Assembly: GCF_947487605.1 (NCBI RefSeq) | Contig: NZ_CANKXK010000011.1 | Coordinates: forward strand, 47,759-111,758 | DNA from: an uncultured Algibacter sp. | GTDB lineage: Bacteria > Bacteroidota > Bacteroidia > Flavobacteriales > Flavobacteriaceae | Length of the DNA: 64,000 nt | Direction of reading: 5' to 3' | Shown: positions 46,735 to 54,512 of the stretch, in pieces | Layout of the letters: each line of letters begins with the position of its first letter | Numbering within the stretch: position 1 is the first letter of the stretch | Notes under the pieces: model-generated | Told to the model about the DNA's origin: nothing | Seen by the model: the letters and a program-made list of their open reading frames with translations, nothing else | Databases searched by the model: none | Made by a program: the position numbers and the translations under genes

Positions 46735-46828
46735 ATTGAAGTGAAAAGCCCACAGCGAACAGATTTTTATCTGGAAGCGAGGACTTGTAGCGTAAAGCCC
46801 GACCCTTGTGGTAACGCCCAAATATTTT
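46735..46828. repeat. intergenic repeat family 3, copy A (blocks GCGTTAGGGATTGAAGTGAAA ... GGACTTGTAGCGTAAAGC)
   Basis: Both blocks recur at 60100-60120 and 60204-60221 with 2 and 2 mismatches respectively. The inter-block spacer is 34 nt here versus 83 nt in copy B. Confidence 0.6.
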
Positions 46829-46882
46829 TAACTAAAACTAAAAAGATTTCCTTATTCGGGGAGCTAAAAAAAATACGTTTTT

Positions 46883-47242
46883 ATGGAGAAGCTTACAAAT
46901 AAAGAGGAAGAAATTATGCATATATTATGGAAGCTTAAAAAAGCTTTTGTAAAGGACGTATTAGCAGAAATTAAAGACGATAAGCCTCACTACAACACCT
47001 TATCAACCATTATTAGGAATTTAGAAGATAAAGGATATGTTGCCTACAATGCATATGGAAAGACCCACCAGTACTACCCTGTTGTAAGTAAAGAAAATTA
47101 TAGAAAGAAGTTTATGAATACAGCGATAAACAACTATTTTAATAATTCATATAAAAATATGGTGTCGTTTTTTGCTAAAGAAGAAAAGATAAGTGTTGAC
47201 GAACTTAAAGAGATTATTAACCTTATTGAAAAAAACAAATAG
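46883..47242 (+). CDS. BlaI/MecI/CopY-family transcriptional repressor
   Basis: 119 aa. Winged-helix N-terminus (EEEIMHILWK...FVKDVL) followed by an M56 gene 2 nt downstream. Confidence 0.88.
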   Translation: MEKLTNKEEEIMHILWKLKKAFVKDVLAEIKDDKPHYNTLSTIIRNLEDKGYVAYNAYGKTHQYYPVVSKENYRKKFMNTAINNYFNNSYKNMVSFFAKEEKISVDELKEIINLIEKNK

Positions 47243-47244
47243 CT

Positions 47245-49086
47245 ATGGAATATTTAATTAAAGTAAGTGCTGTTATAGCTATTTTTTATATTATTTATAA
47301 AGTGTTTTTAGATCGATATACTTTTTTCGAATCTAATAGATGGTTTTTATTGTTTGGACTAATAACTGCTTTCGCTATCCCTTTTTTAGTTATTCCTGTT
47401 TATATTGAAAGTTCACCTGCAATTGTACCAGACTATTTATATGCTGGAACAACAAGTAATGTTGTGGAGCAAAGGGCAACATTTAATCTAGTAGACACCA
47501 TAACCAGCATTTATTTACTTGGTTTAGTGGCGTTTAGTATTCGGTTTATAATTCAAATTGCTGCCTTATTTTTGATTATTATTAAAAATAAGAAAGAAAA
47601 AGAAGGTCATTATATCTTTATTAAAACCAATAGTAACATTTCGCCATTTTCATTTTTTAACTGGATTGTTTACAACCCGAAAGACTATTCGCAGACTGAG
47701 CTAAGTCTTATAATAGCTCACGAAAAGGTACATGCGTGTCAATTCCATTCGGTTGATGTTTTACTTACTCAATTGTCTTGTATTATACTTTGGTTTAATC
47801 CTTTTATTTGGCTGTATAACAAAGATTTAAAACAAAATTTAGAATTTATTGCAGACAAAAATGCGCAACAAAATTCTAATTGTAAAAAAAGCTATCAATA
47901 CACATTACTTAAAACAAGTATGCCAACTCATCAATTGGCTTTAAGTAATAATTTTTATAATTCATTAATCAAAAAACGAATCGTTATGTTACAGAAATCA
48001 AAATCTAAAAAAATTAATCAAATTAAGTACATCTTGGTTGTACCTTTATTGACTCTCTTTTTAATGAGTTTTAATACCAAAACTATTTTTATAGAAAAAG
48101 AAAATCCTCTCATTAATGAGCTTAATTCGTTTAATTTTAATGAAGATAAGCCAGAAACTGAACAACAAACTAACTTAATTGCAGAAGAGCCAATAATAAA
48201 CAAGGAATACGGTAATACCAAAGAAACTAAAAAAGAGTCTAAACCATCTATTGTAAATAATAACCTTGATAAAGCTAAGAATGTTCAAGATTTTATAATA
48301 ACTAAAAATAGTAGTGATGCAGATTTAGATAAATTAATTTCAAAAATTAAAGCCGCAGGTGTAGACATAAAATTTAAGGGTGTTAAAAGAAATAGCAAAG
48401 GAGAAATTACATCAATTAAGATAGAAGCAAAATCTAAAAACTCTAACGCTAGCTTTAATCTTAACTCAGATGAGACCATCGAACCAATAAAAATCTCTTT
48501 TAAAAAAGGCGGTAAAAACCTATCTATAGGAAACACGTCTGCTATTCATCGCCTTCATACATCTGGAAAAGACCATAACGTTTTTATTTATTCTGATGAA
48601 GATGATGACCGCAAAATCCATAAAATAACTGGAGATTCAATTCACTATACTTACGCGACAAAAAAAGGCAAATACCATGTGTTAAGTAAAAATAAAAAGG
48701 TAGAGATAATATCTAGTGACGATAGTGATGGTGAAGTTGAAGTAATTATTGAAAGTGATGACGACAATGATGAGAACCATGAAGAAGATGCTATTATAAT
48801 TAAAAATGGAAAAACGATTACAACATCAAATAAAGGGAGTAATACTTTTAAAGTAAAAACCTTAGGAAATAGTAAAAGTGATAGTAAAATAATTATCACT
48901 TCAGACGATAAAGAGCAACCATTATTCATTGTTGATGGAGAAGAATACGAAAAAACAGGAATCGACGATATAAAACCAGATAACATTGAAAGTATTAATG
49001 TATTAAAAGGAGAATCGGCTGAAAAAAAGTATGGTAATAAAGGAAAAAATGGGGTTGTTGAAATTATAACAAAAAAGAAAAAATAA
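47245..49086 (+). CDS. BlaR1-like M56-family membrane metallopeptidase with a long low-complexity acidic region and a TonB-receptor-plug-like C-terminal motif
   Basis: 613 aa. TM helices, HEKVH zinc motif (IIAHEKVHACQFH). Asp/Glu/Ser-rich region. C-terminal IESINVLKGESAEKKYGNKGKNGVVEIITKKKK. Confidence 0.85.
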   Translation: MEYLIKVSAVIAIFYIIYKVFLDRYTFFESNRWFLLFGLITAFAIPFLVIPVYIESSPAIVPDYLYAGTTSNVVEQRATFNLVDTITSIYLLGLVAFSIRFIIQIAALFLIIIKNKKEKEGHYIFIKTNSNISPFSFFNWIVYNPKDYSQTELSLIIAHEKVHACQFHSVDVLLTQLSCIILWFNPFIWLYNKDLKQNLEFIADKNAQQNSNCKKSYQYTLLKTSMPTHQLALSNNFYNSLIKKRIVMLQKSKSKKINQIKYILVVPLLTLFLMSFNTKTIFIEKENPLINELNSFNFNEDKPETEQQTNLIAEEPIINKEYGNTKETKKESKPSIVNNNLDKAKNVQDFIITKNSSDADLDKLISKIKAAGVDIKFKGVKRNSKGEITSIKIEAKSKNSNASFNLNSDETIEPIKISFKKGGKNLSIGNTSAIHRLHTSGKDHNVFIYSDEDDDRKIHKITGDSIHYTYATKKGKYHVLSKNKKVEIISSDDSDGEVEVIIESDDDNDENHEEDAIIIKNGKTITTSNKGSNTFKVKTLGNSKSDSKIIITSDDKEQPLFIVDGEEYEKTGIDDIKPDNIESINVLKGESAEKKYGNKGKNGVVEIITKKKK

Positions 49087-49108
49087 CCTTAACAAAATAT
49101 CATTTTAA

Positions 49109-49137
49109 AGACACTCAAGTATGAGTGTCTTTTTTTT
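49109..49137 (+). terminator. intrinsic terminator of the blaI/blaR1-like operon
   Basis: AGACACTCA (49109-49117), loop AGTA, TGAGTGTCT (49122-49130), followed by a T-run. Confidence 0.75.
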
Positions 49138-49456
49138 GTTTTTACTTTTCAAAAAGATGAAAAGTTAAAAAAACAGCATTTTTAATATAAAAACGCCCTT
49201 GGTTTAAAAAATTCTTATTAAAAATAGCCTATAATTATTACAAATAGTAACATTATTTAAACAATTTGATTTCGATTTAATACTTGTTAAAAGTAAGTCA
49301 CACTAATATTAAAATCAATTCTATAATTTTACTTACATATCTATATTCAAATTCATGGATTTAAGCTAAAACACTTGGAAGATAGATTGCCAAAAATATA
49401 TATTGGAAACTCAATCAAGAAACAATAACTATTTATTAACCTTAAAACCTAAAATT

Positions 49457-49510
49457 ATGATGACACTTGCCACTCTTATAATCGATTTAATCTTCTCGAT
49501 TATATTCTAA
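49457..49510 (+). CDS. 17-aa hydrophobic peptide MMTLATLIIDLIFSIIF (speculative small ORF)
   Basis: Own translation. Followed 10 nt later by a perfect 10-bp-stem hairpin. No homology knowledge. Confidence 0.2.
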   Translation: MMTLATLIIDLIFSIIF

Positions 49511-49520
49511 ACCAAAAAAT

Positions 49521-49555
49521 GTAAAACTTAGTCTAGAATAAGTTTTACTATTTTT
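49521..49555. terminator. perfect 10-bp-stem hairpin usable on both strands
   Basis: GTAAAACTTA (49521-49530) pairs with TAAGTTTTAC (49539-49548). T-rich on the plus side (TATTTTT) and TTTTTT on the minus side. Possibly the terminator of the minus-strand sqr operon. Confidence 0.55.
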
Positions 49556-49560
49556 GTTAC

Positions 49561-49713
49561 ATGCAAAAGCAGGTTTTCAAAATTTTAGCAAAGGTTAACA
49601 AAATCATCCTACCAAGTTATTCTAAACAACAATTAGATTTAGCAAAAGCTAATAAACTGCAAATGGCAATTATTGGCTGGCGTTGGTTTATTACAAAAAA
49701 TGCATTGGATTAG
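49561..49713 (+). CDS. 50-aa basic peptide MQKQVFKILAKVNKIILPSYSKQQLDLAKANKLQMAIIGWRWFITKNALD (speculative)
   Basis: Own translation, below the track cut-off. Convergent with the dsrE-like gene and has no terminator of its own. Confidence 0.3.
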   Translation: MQKQVFKILAKVNKIILPSYSKQQLDLAKANKLQMAIIGWRWFITKNALD

Positions 49714-49739
49714 ATTTAAATATAAACTGTTATTACGTT

Positions 49740-50213
49740 TTAAATAAATAGTAGCTGACAGCCTTCTTGATCTGCTCTACTATAAAAATCTCCTATGGTT
49801 AGTATGCCATCTAATTCATCAATTAAATCTTCATCTTTTAAATGAAACATATCTACCGCCAATTTACATGCCCAGAGCTTACAACCTGAGTCTGAAAGAA
49901 TTTCTAAAAACTCACCTACAGGTGGCATGTCTAATTTTTCCATTTCTTTTTTCATCATTTTTGTAGCTAAAGCTTCCATTCCTGGTAAACCGCCTAACAT
50001 GGTTGGTATGTGCATCCCTGGATTACCTACTGTGGCTACATGTAAATGTTCTAGCTTTTTCTTTTGAATAGCTTCCAGTCCAAAAAAAGTAAAAAATATT
50101 TCGGATTCTATCCCTTCCATTCTTGCACCGTTGGCCATTACAAATGCAGCATATGCATTTTCTATAGTTGCTTTTGATAAGATGAAAAGCATTTTTTTAA
50201 CTTTTGTGCCCAT
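49740..50213 (-). CDS. DsrE/DsrF/DrsH-like sulfur-relay family protein
   Basis: 157 aa. Rossmann-like DsrE fold pattern (LFILSKATIENAYAAFVMANGA) with conserved Cys in KLWACKLA. Last gene of the sqr operon. Confidence 0.75.
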   Translation of the reverse strand: MGTKVKKMLFILSKATIENAYAAFVMANGARMEGIESEIFFTFFGLEAIQKKKLEHLHVATVGNPGMHIPTMLGGLPGMEALATKMMKKEMEKLDMPPVGEFLEILSDSGCKLWACKLAVDMFHLKDEDLIDELDGILTIGDFYSRADQEGCQLLFI

Positions 50214-50251
50214 AATTATATGTTTTAAATTAGTCTTTCGTATTTATTAAA

Positions 50252-50560
50252 TTAAATACAACTTTTTGGTTTTGGTACACCAGCAATTTTAGTTGAAATT
50301 TTTAATGGCCCTTTAGGAAAGAGTGCATAGAATTCTTTGATGTCTAATACACCACTTTTTTTAATACCTCTAATAGATAAGGCTACGTCATTTTTTACTT
50401 GCTCTTGAAGCCAAGAAACCACTTCCCAATGCCTATCTGTCATTTCAATACCTTCATTCTTAGCTATCTCAAGTCCAATGTCTTTATTCCATTGAGATAC
50501 GTCTGTTAAATATCCGTCTTCCGTGACGTCTAATCTAATTCCTGCAATATTTAAATCCAT
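50252..50560 (-). CDS. TusE/DsrC/DsvC-family sulfur-relay protein (single C-terminal Cys, TusE type)
   Basis: 102 aa. GYL.D...W, HWEVV..LQ, and C-terminal GVPKPKSCI with the penultimate Cys. No second Cys 10 residues upstream. Confidence 0.8.
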   Translation of the reverse strand: MDLNIAGIRLDVTEDGYLTDVSQWNKDIGLEIAKNEGIEMTDRHWEVVSWLQEQVKNDVALSIRGIKKSGVLDIKEFYALFPKGPLKISTKIAGVPKPKSCI

Positions 50561-50577
50561 AATATTTAGTGTTTTAA

Positions 50578-51822
50578 TTAATTCCTTTTTATATCAAATA
50601 TTTTTCCTTTAAAACTCATATTCCTTGAAACAAATGGAATGGCAATACCTTTTAAAAGCATATTCCAATAAATCCATCTAAAAGCCAATTTTCCCCAGTG
50701 ATTAAAAATACTTTCTTTTAATAATTTTAGAGGTCCGATTTTTGGAAAAGGGAAAGTTCCATGTACTGGTTCTGTATTATAATTAAAATCAATAAGTAAA
50801 GCCTTGTTATTTCCGGTCTCTATAAAGCAGTTTGCATGTCCATCAAATTCTTCTTTTAAGGTATATCCTTTTATATATAAAAGAATGTTATCGGTTAAAG
50901 TTTCAGCTTGAAAGTGTGCTACAGATCCTGCTTTAGAAGCTGGCACATTGGTCGCATCACCAATTACAAATATGTTTTCGTGTTCTATAGATTGTAAGGT
51001 ATGCTTATGTGTTGGAATAAAGTTTAAATCATCTCCCAAACCAGAGCGTTCAATAAGCTCATCACCCATATTTGTGGGAACTGTTACTAATAAATCAAAC
51101 GGGATTGTTTTATCTCCGTAATCAACAATTTCTTTTTTTTCATTGTCTACTCTTTCTATTGCAAAATCAGCTTCCATATGGATTCCTTTTTCAGATAAAA
51201 GATAGCTTAATGATTTAGAGCAGGTAGGCTTTGTGAAAGCCCCAGACAAAGGCGTAACATAAGTAATTTCTACTTTATCTCTCATGCCTTTTTTAGTAAA
51301 ATAAGAATCAGCCAAAAACGCAAATTCTAAAGGTGCTACTGGGCATTTAATAGGCATTTCTGTTATGTGTATAACCAGTTTCCCACCATCCCATTCACGC
51401 AATTTATTTCGTAATGCTAAAGCACCTTCAAACGTGTAAAAATCGAATATATCTTTTTTCCATAGTGGTCCTAATAAACCTTCGGTTTCCTCTGGTACAA
51501 TTTTAGATCCTGTAGCAATAATTAATAGGTCATAATCTAAGGTTTCATCCTCAAGAACGACTTGATTATCTACTGGTAAAATTTTATCTATTTTTTTTTG
51601 AATATAATTAACGCCTTTGGGAATAAACTTTTTACCAACTTTTTTTACTTGATCTTCTGTATAGGTATCAAATGGAAGAAATAAAAACCCTGGTTGATAA
51701 TAATGTGTTTTATATTGATCGATAATTGTAATGCTCCAATCTTTTTTTGGGAGTTTAGAAACCAAATGATTTGCCATCATAGTTCCAGAAGTTCCAGCCC
51801 CTAATATTATTAAATTTTTCAT
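50578..51822 (-). CDS. sqr: sulfide:quinone oxidoreductase-like FAD-dependent pyridine nucleotide-disulfide oxidoreductase
   Basis: 414 aa. GAGTSGT dinucleotide fold. Candidate redox Cys in IKCPVAPLEF (C160) and HANCFIE (C332). VIGDATN. Amphipathic C-terminal tail. Confidence 0.75.
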   Translation of the reverse strand: MKNLIILGAGTSGTMMANHLVSKLPKKDWSITIIDQYKTHYYQPGFLFLPFDTYTEDQVKKVGKKFIPKGVNYIQKKIDKILPVDNQVVLEDETLDYDLLIIATGSKIVPEETEGLLGPLWKKDIFDFYTFEGALALRNKLREWDGGKLVIHITEMPIKCPVAPLEFAFLADSYFTKKGMRDKVEITYVTPLSGAFTKPTCSKSLSYLLSEKGIHMEADFAIERVDNEKKEIVDYGDKTIPFDLLVTVPTNMGDELIERSGLGDDLNFIPTHKHTLQSIEHENIFVIGDATNVPASKAGSVAHFQAETLTDNILLYIKGYTLKEEFDGHANCFIETGNNKALLIDFNYNTEPVHGTFPFPKIGPLKLLKESIFNHWGKLAFRWIYWNMLLKGIAIPFVSRNMSFKGKIFDIKRN

Positions 51823-51906
51823 TTTATTTAATTTTAAACTTCCTATTAAAATTTCTAGAGTAGTTTATTTCTTTGGTAAAAGTAAACGAATTAGCATATA
51901 AATAAT

Positions 51907-51920
51907 ATGACAAAAATCAT
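51907..51920. promoter_or_regulatory. CRP-like palindrome ATGACAAAAATCAT, site 2, upstream of sqr
   Basis: Same 14-mer as site 1. Its centre lies 29.5 nt from a minus-strand near-consensus -7 box TACTTTTA (51884-51877), the same geometry as site 3. Confidence 0.5.
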
Positions 51921-51930
51921 GTAAACCCTT

Positions 51931-51948
51931 GTGTAACAAAGGTTACAC
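51931..51948. promoter_or_regulatory. perfect palindrome GTGTAAC-AAAG-GTTACAC
   Basis: Read directly. 10 nt from site 2. GTAAC-N4-GTTAC recurs at 54386-54399. Confidence 0.45.
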
Positions 51949-51991
51949 GGGTAATAAAATAACAATGACCCTCAAAATAAAATATAAAAAG

Positions 51992-52003
51992 TGATAATTA
52001 TCA
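51992..52003. promoter_or_regulatory. perfect 12-bp palindrome TGATAATTATCA (Fur-box-like half-sites)
   Basis: Read directly. Sits 24-35 nt upstream of the candidate -7 box of the FadL-like gene, in the -33 zone. Confidence 0.3.
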
Positions 52004-52026
52004 TAGTTAAAGATACCTTCTAAAAG

Positions 52027-52034
52027 TAGCTTTG
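52027..52034 (+). promoter_or_regulatory. -7 box candidate (TAGCTTTG) for the FadL-like gene
   Basis: Exact TAnnTTTG match 84 nt upstream of the ATG at 52118. Confidence 0.3.
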
Positions 52035-52117
52035 TTTAAATATTAGAAACAATAACATCTTGTAAAAAGAACTAAAAGACAACTATTTTTTTACGATGTT
52101 CTTAAATACTTTTTATT

Positions 52118-53521
52118 ATGAAAACTAAACTAATAAACCTATTATTACTATTATTTTTTTCGCCAGTAGCTTTTTCGCAAGCTGGTCACATTATGCAAGG
52201 TGCAGGAGCCGTAAACATGTCTATGGGGGGAGCTTCAACAGCACAACCACTAGATATTTCTGGAGCTTTACATTGGAACCCTGCTGCCATATCTGCTTTT
52301 AACGACAAAATTATAAAGCTTGATGTTGGTTTATTCTTTTCTTCTCCAGAATTAAGTTCTGGTTTACCTGCTAATATTCTATGGCAACCAGGAGATTTTG
52401 GCCCTGGTTCTCCTGGTGCTCCTCCAGTCTCTGGAATAACTAAAGATGATAGAGGTATGTCTCCAATGCCTGCTTTAGCCATGCTTTGGGGAAAAGAAGA
52501 TAGCAAACATACTTTTGGTGTTTCTGCTTTTGGCATTAGTGGCTTTGGTGTAACATTTCCACAAGACAATAATGCTCCTGTAGACTCACAAGGTAATCCA
52601 AACCCAAATTTTAACCCTATAGGTAATTCTAATCCCATTAATTACCCACAAGCCGCACAGGGGTTTGGACATATAGAATCTGATTACATGTTATTACAAG
52701 TAGGATTATCTTATGCTTATGAAATAACCGATAAGTTCTCTATTGGTATTCAGCCAAATATAGATTATGCTGCATTAGAACTAGCACCTAATCCAACTGC
52801 AAAACCTAATATGTTTGGATATCCAAACACAGATAGTGCAACAGCTATTGGTTTTGGTGCTCAATTTGGAGTGTTCTATGATTCAGGATTAGGATTAAAA
52901 CTAGGAGCATCCTATAAAACAGCACAAAAATTTAGTGAATTTGAATTCGATAATACATATCCAGACAATACCACTGCTAAAAATAAATTCCAAATGGATT
53001 ATCCTGCTATTTTCTCTCTTGGATTGGGATATTCACAAGGAGATATTGATTTAGCGCTAGATTTTAGACGTGTTGATTATGAAAATACAGATGGTTTTGC
53101 TGAAACAGGTTGGACAATAGATCAAAACATGTTACCTTCTGTAGCTGGATTTGGGTGGGAGAATATATCCATTATCTCTGCAGGGTTACAGTATAAAGGC
53201 ATTGCTAAATTACCTCTTCGTTTTGGCTATACTTACAGTTCTAACCCTATTCCAGAGGATATTGCGTTTTTTAATGTTCCTGCCACAGCAATTATTAAAA
53301 ATGCTTACCAATTTGGTTTAAGTTATAAGGTAAATAAAACTTGGAACATTGATGCCGTTTACCATTATGGAGATAGTAACGGAGCGACCGAAGGTCCATT
53401 ATTAAACCCTCGTAATATTTCTTCAGGAAATCCTACAGGAGCTGTTTCAGGGTCGTTTGTATCTTACGATATGACAACCTCAATGATACAATTTGGTATT
53501 AGTTATACATTTAACAAATAA
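52118..53521 (+). CDS. OMPP1/FadL/TodX-family outer-membrane transport protein
   Basis: 467 aa. Signal peptide. N-terminal GAGAVNMSMGGASTA hatch-like segment, alternating beta-strands, terminal YTF. Confidence 0.75.
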   Translation: MKTKLINLLLLLFFSPVAFSQAGHIMQGAGAVNMSMGGASTAQPLDISGALHWNPAAISAFNDKIIKLDVGLFFSSPELSSGLPANILWQPGDFGPGSPGAPPVSGITKDDRGMSPMPALAMLWGKEDSKHTFGVSAFGISGFGVTFPQDNNAPVDSQGNPNPNFNPIGNSNPINYPQAAQGFGHIESDYMLLQVGLSYAYEITDKFSIGIQPNIDYAALELAPNPTAKPNMFGYPNTDSATAIGFGAQFGVFYDSGLGLKLGASYKTAQKFSEFEFDNTYPDNTTAKNKFQMDYPAIFSLGLGYSQGDIDLALDFRRVDYENTDGFAETGWTIDQNMLPSVAGFGWENISIISAGLQYKGIAKLPLRFGYTYSSNPIPEDIAFFNVPATAIIKNAYQFGLSYKVNKTWNIDAVYHYGDSNGATEGPLLNPRNISSGNPTGAVSGSFVSYDMTTSMIQFGISYTFNK

Positions 53522-53538
53522 ATTTATTATCCCAAAAT

Positions 53539-53578
53539 AATAACCCCATAAACTGTAATTAATGTTTATGGGGTTATT
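53539..53578 (+). terminator. 15-bp-stem hairpin after the FadL-like gene
   Basis: AATAACCCCATAAAC (53539-53553) pairs with GTTTATGGGGTTATT (53564-53578). No clean T-run. Confidence 0.5.
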
Positions 53579-53596
53579 AAATAATTTAGATAAAAA

Positions 53597-53729
53597 GAGG
53601 CTGTTTAAAAAGTAAGTTCGATATCATATTGAGCTTGTCGAAATATTTTTAACTTATACTGATAATCAATATCAGTTTCGACAGGCTCAACCTAACAAAT
53701 CAAACTATAAAGACTTTTTAGACAGCCTC
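53597..53729. repeat. nested-hairpin intergenic repeat, copy 2
   Basis: About 90 percent identical to 1871-2002, with the same outer and inner inverted repeats. Again lies between convergent genes. Confidence 0.85.
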
Positions 53730-53868
53730 TTAACAATCAATCAAAAAACAAAGCGCCTTTATCTCCTTCAATTAATTAAAAACAAGCAAAAGACATATGT
53801 TACTTTAATCGACCAACCAACCATGCTATTAATCAGTTAACAAATACATTTTTTTTATTTTAATATCA

Positions 53869-54354
53869 TTAGTTTATTATCTCTTTTCTTAGTAAGAACC
53901 CTTTCTTTCTTTGCTCGTTATAATGTTTATCAAACCAATCTGGTTTCTCTATATCATTATCATATATATAATCTGAAATTTGTTTTAACTTTTCCTCAGA
54001 AACTTCAAGCTTGGGCATTAATCCAAATCTTTTCACAGCACCATACATTTTTGCATTAGCTTCTGTTGGATTTTCAAACCAAGCATAGATATCGTTAATA
54101 AAATCTTCTTTATTTGTTCCCTCTAAGATATATCGTTTTTTTACTGCTATCATTGGTGGCGCTAATCTTTCATCATGACTTGCAGTTGCGCTATGGCATA
54201 TATTACATTGGTTCTCCATAAGCTTTTTACCAGGATGTATTTCTTGATTATTATGCTGTACAAAAGGCGGGTATTTTTTTGTCTTCTGGCAACTAACTAC
54301 AAACACCAAAGCGGTTAATAAGATAAGAGGTTTCATAAATTTTGTATTATACAA
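53869..54354 (-). CDS. monohaem c-type cytochrome lipoprotein
   Basis: 161 aa. Lipobox VVSC. Haem-binding CNICH. Candidate axial Met in LAPPM. The start may be M7 at 54336. Confidence 0.75.
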   Translation of the reverse strand: MYNTKFMKPLILLTALVFVVSCQKTKKYPPFVQHNNQEIHPGKKLMENQCNICHSATASHDERLAPPMIAVKKRYILEGTNKEDFINDIYAWFENPTEANAKMYGAVKRFGLMPKLEVSEEKLKQISDYIYDNDIEKPDWFDKHYNEQRKKGFLLRKEIIN

Positions 54355-54385
54355 TCAAAGATACCAACTCATAATAAAATTTAAC

Positions 54386-54399
54386 GTAACCTAAGTTAC
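54386..54399. promoter_or_regulatory. palindrome GTAAC-CTAA-GTTAC upstream of the cytochrome c gene
   Basis: Read directly. Same half-sites and spacing as 51931-51948. Lies 32-45 nt upstream of the annotated start. Confidence 0.4.
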
Positions 54400-54463
54400 A
54401 GATGGATTATTAACATTTAAAAAGTCGAAACTTTACACGATAAATTTTACAAAATAATGGAAA

Positions 54464-54505
54464 TAAAAAAAGACCTTAATATTCATAAAAAGAATATTAA
54501 AGTCT
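54464..54505 (-). terminator. intrinsic terminator of tRNA-Arg
   Basis: 14-bp stem (54471-54484 / 54492-54505, one mismatch), followed on the minus strand by a T-run (A-run 54464-54470 on plus). Confidence 0.7.
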
Positions 54506-54512
54506 TTGTCTG

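Noticed and set aside
48018-48986. Three minus-strand ORFs (67, 83 and 111 aa) inside the BlaR1-like gene
   Set aside because: They arise from the low-complexity A/G-rich coding repeats of the plus-strand gene (antisense gives Ser/Leu/Phe-rich strings). No support as genes.
52186-52638. 150-aa minus-strand ORF inside the FadL-like gene
   Set aside because: It lies entirely antisense to a well-supported gene, has Pro/Gly/Ser-rich low-complexity translation and no recognisable family. This is a typical shadow ORF.
49087-54512. Genomic island integrated at the 3' end of tRNA-Arg
   Set aside because: There is no integrase or recombinase, no visible direct repeat of the tRNA 3' end and no evident composition change. 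It is kept only as a low-interest flag.
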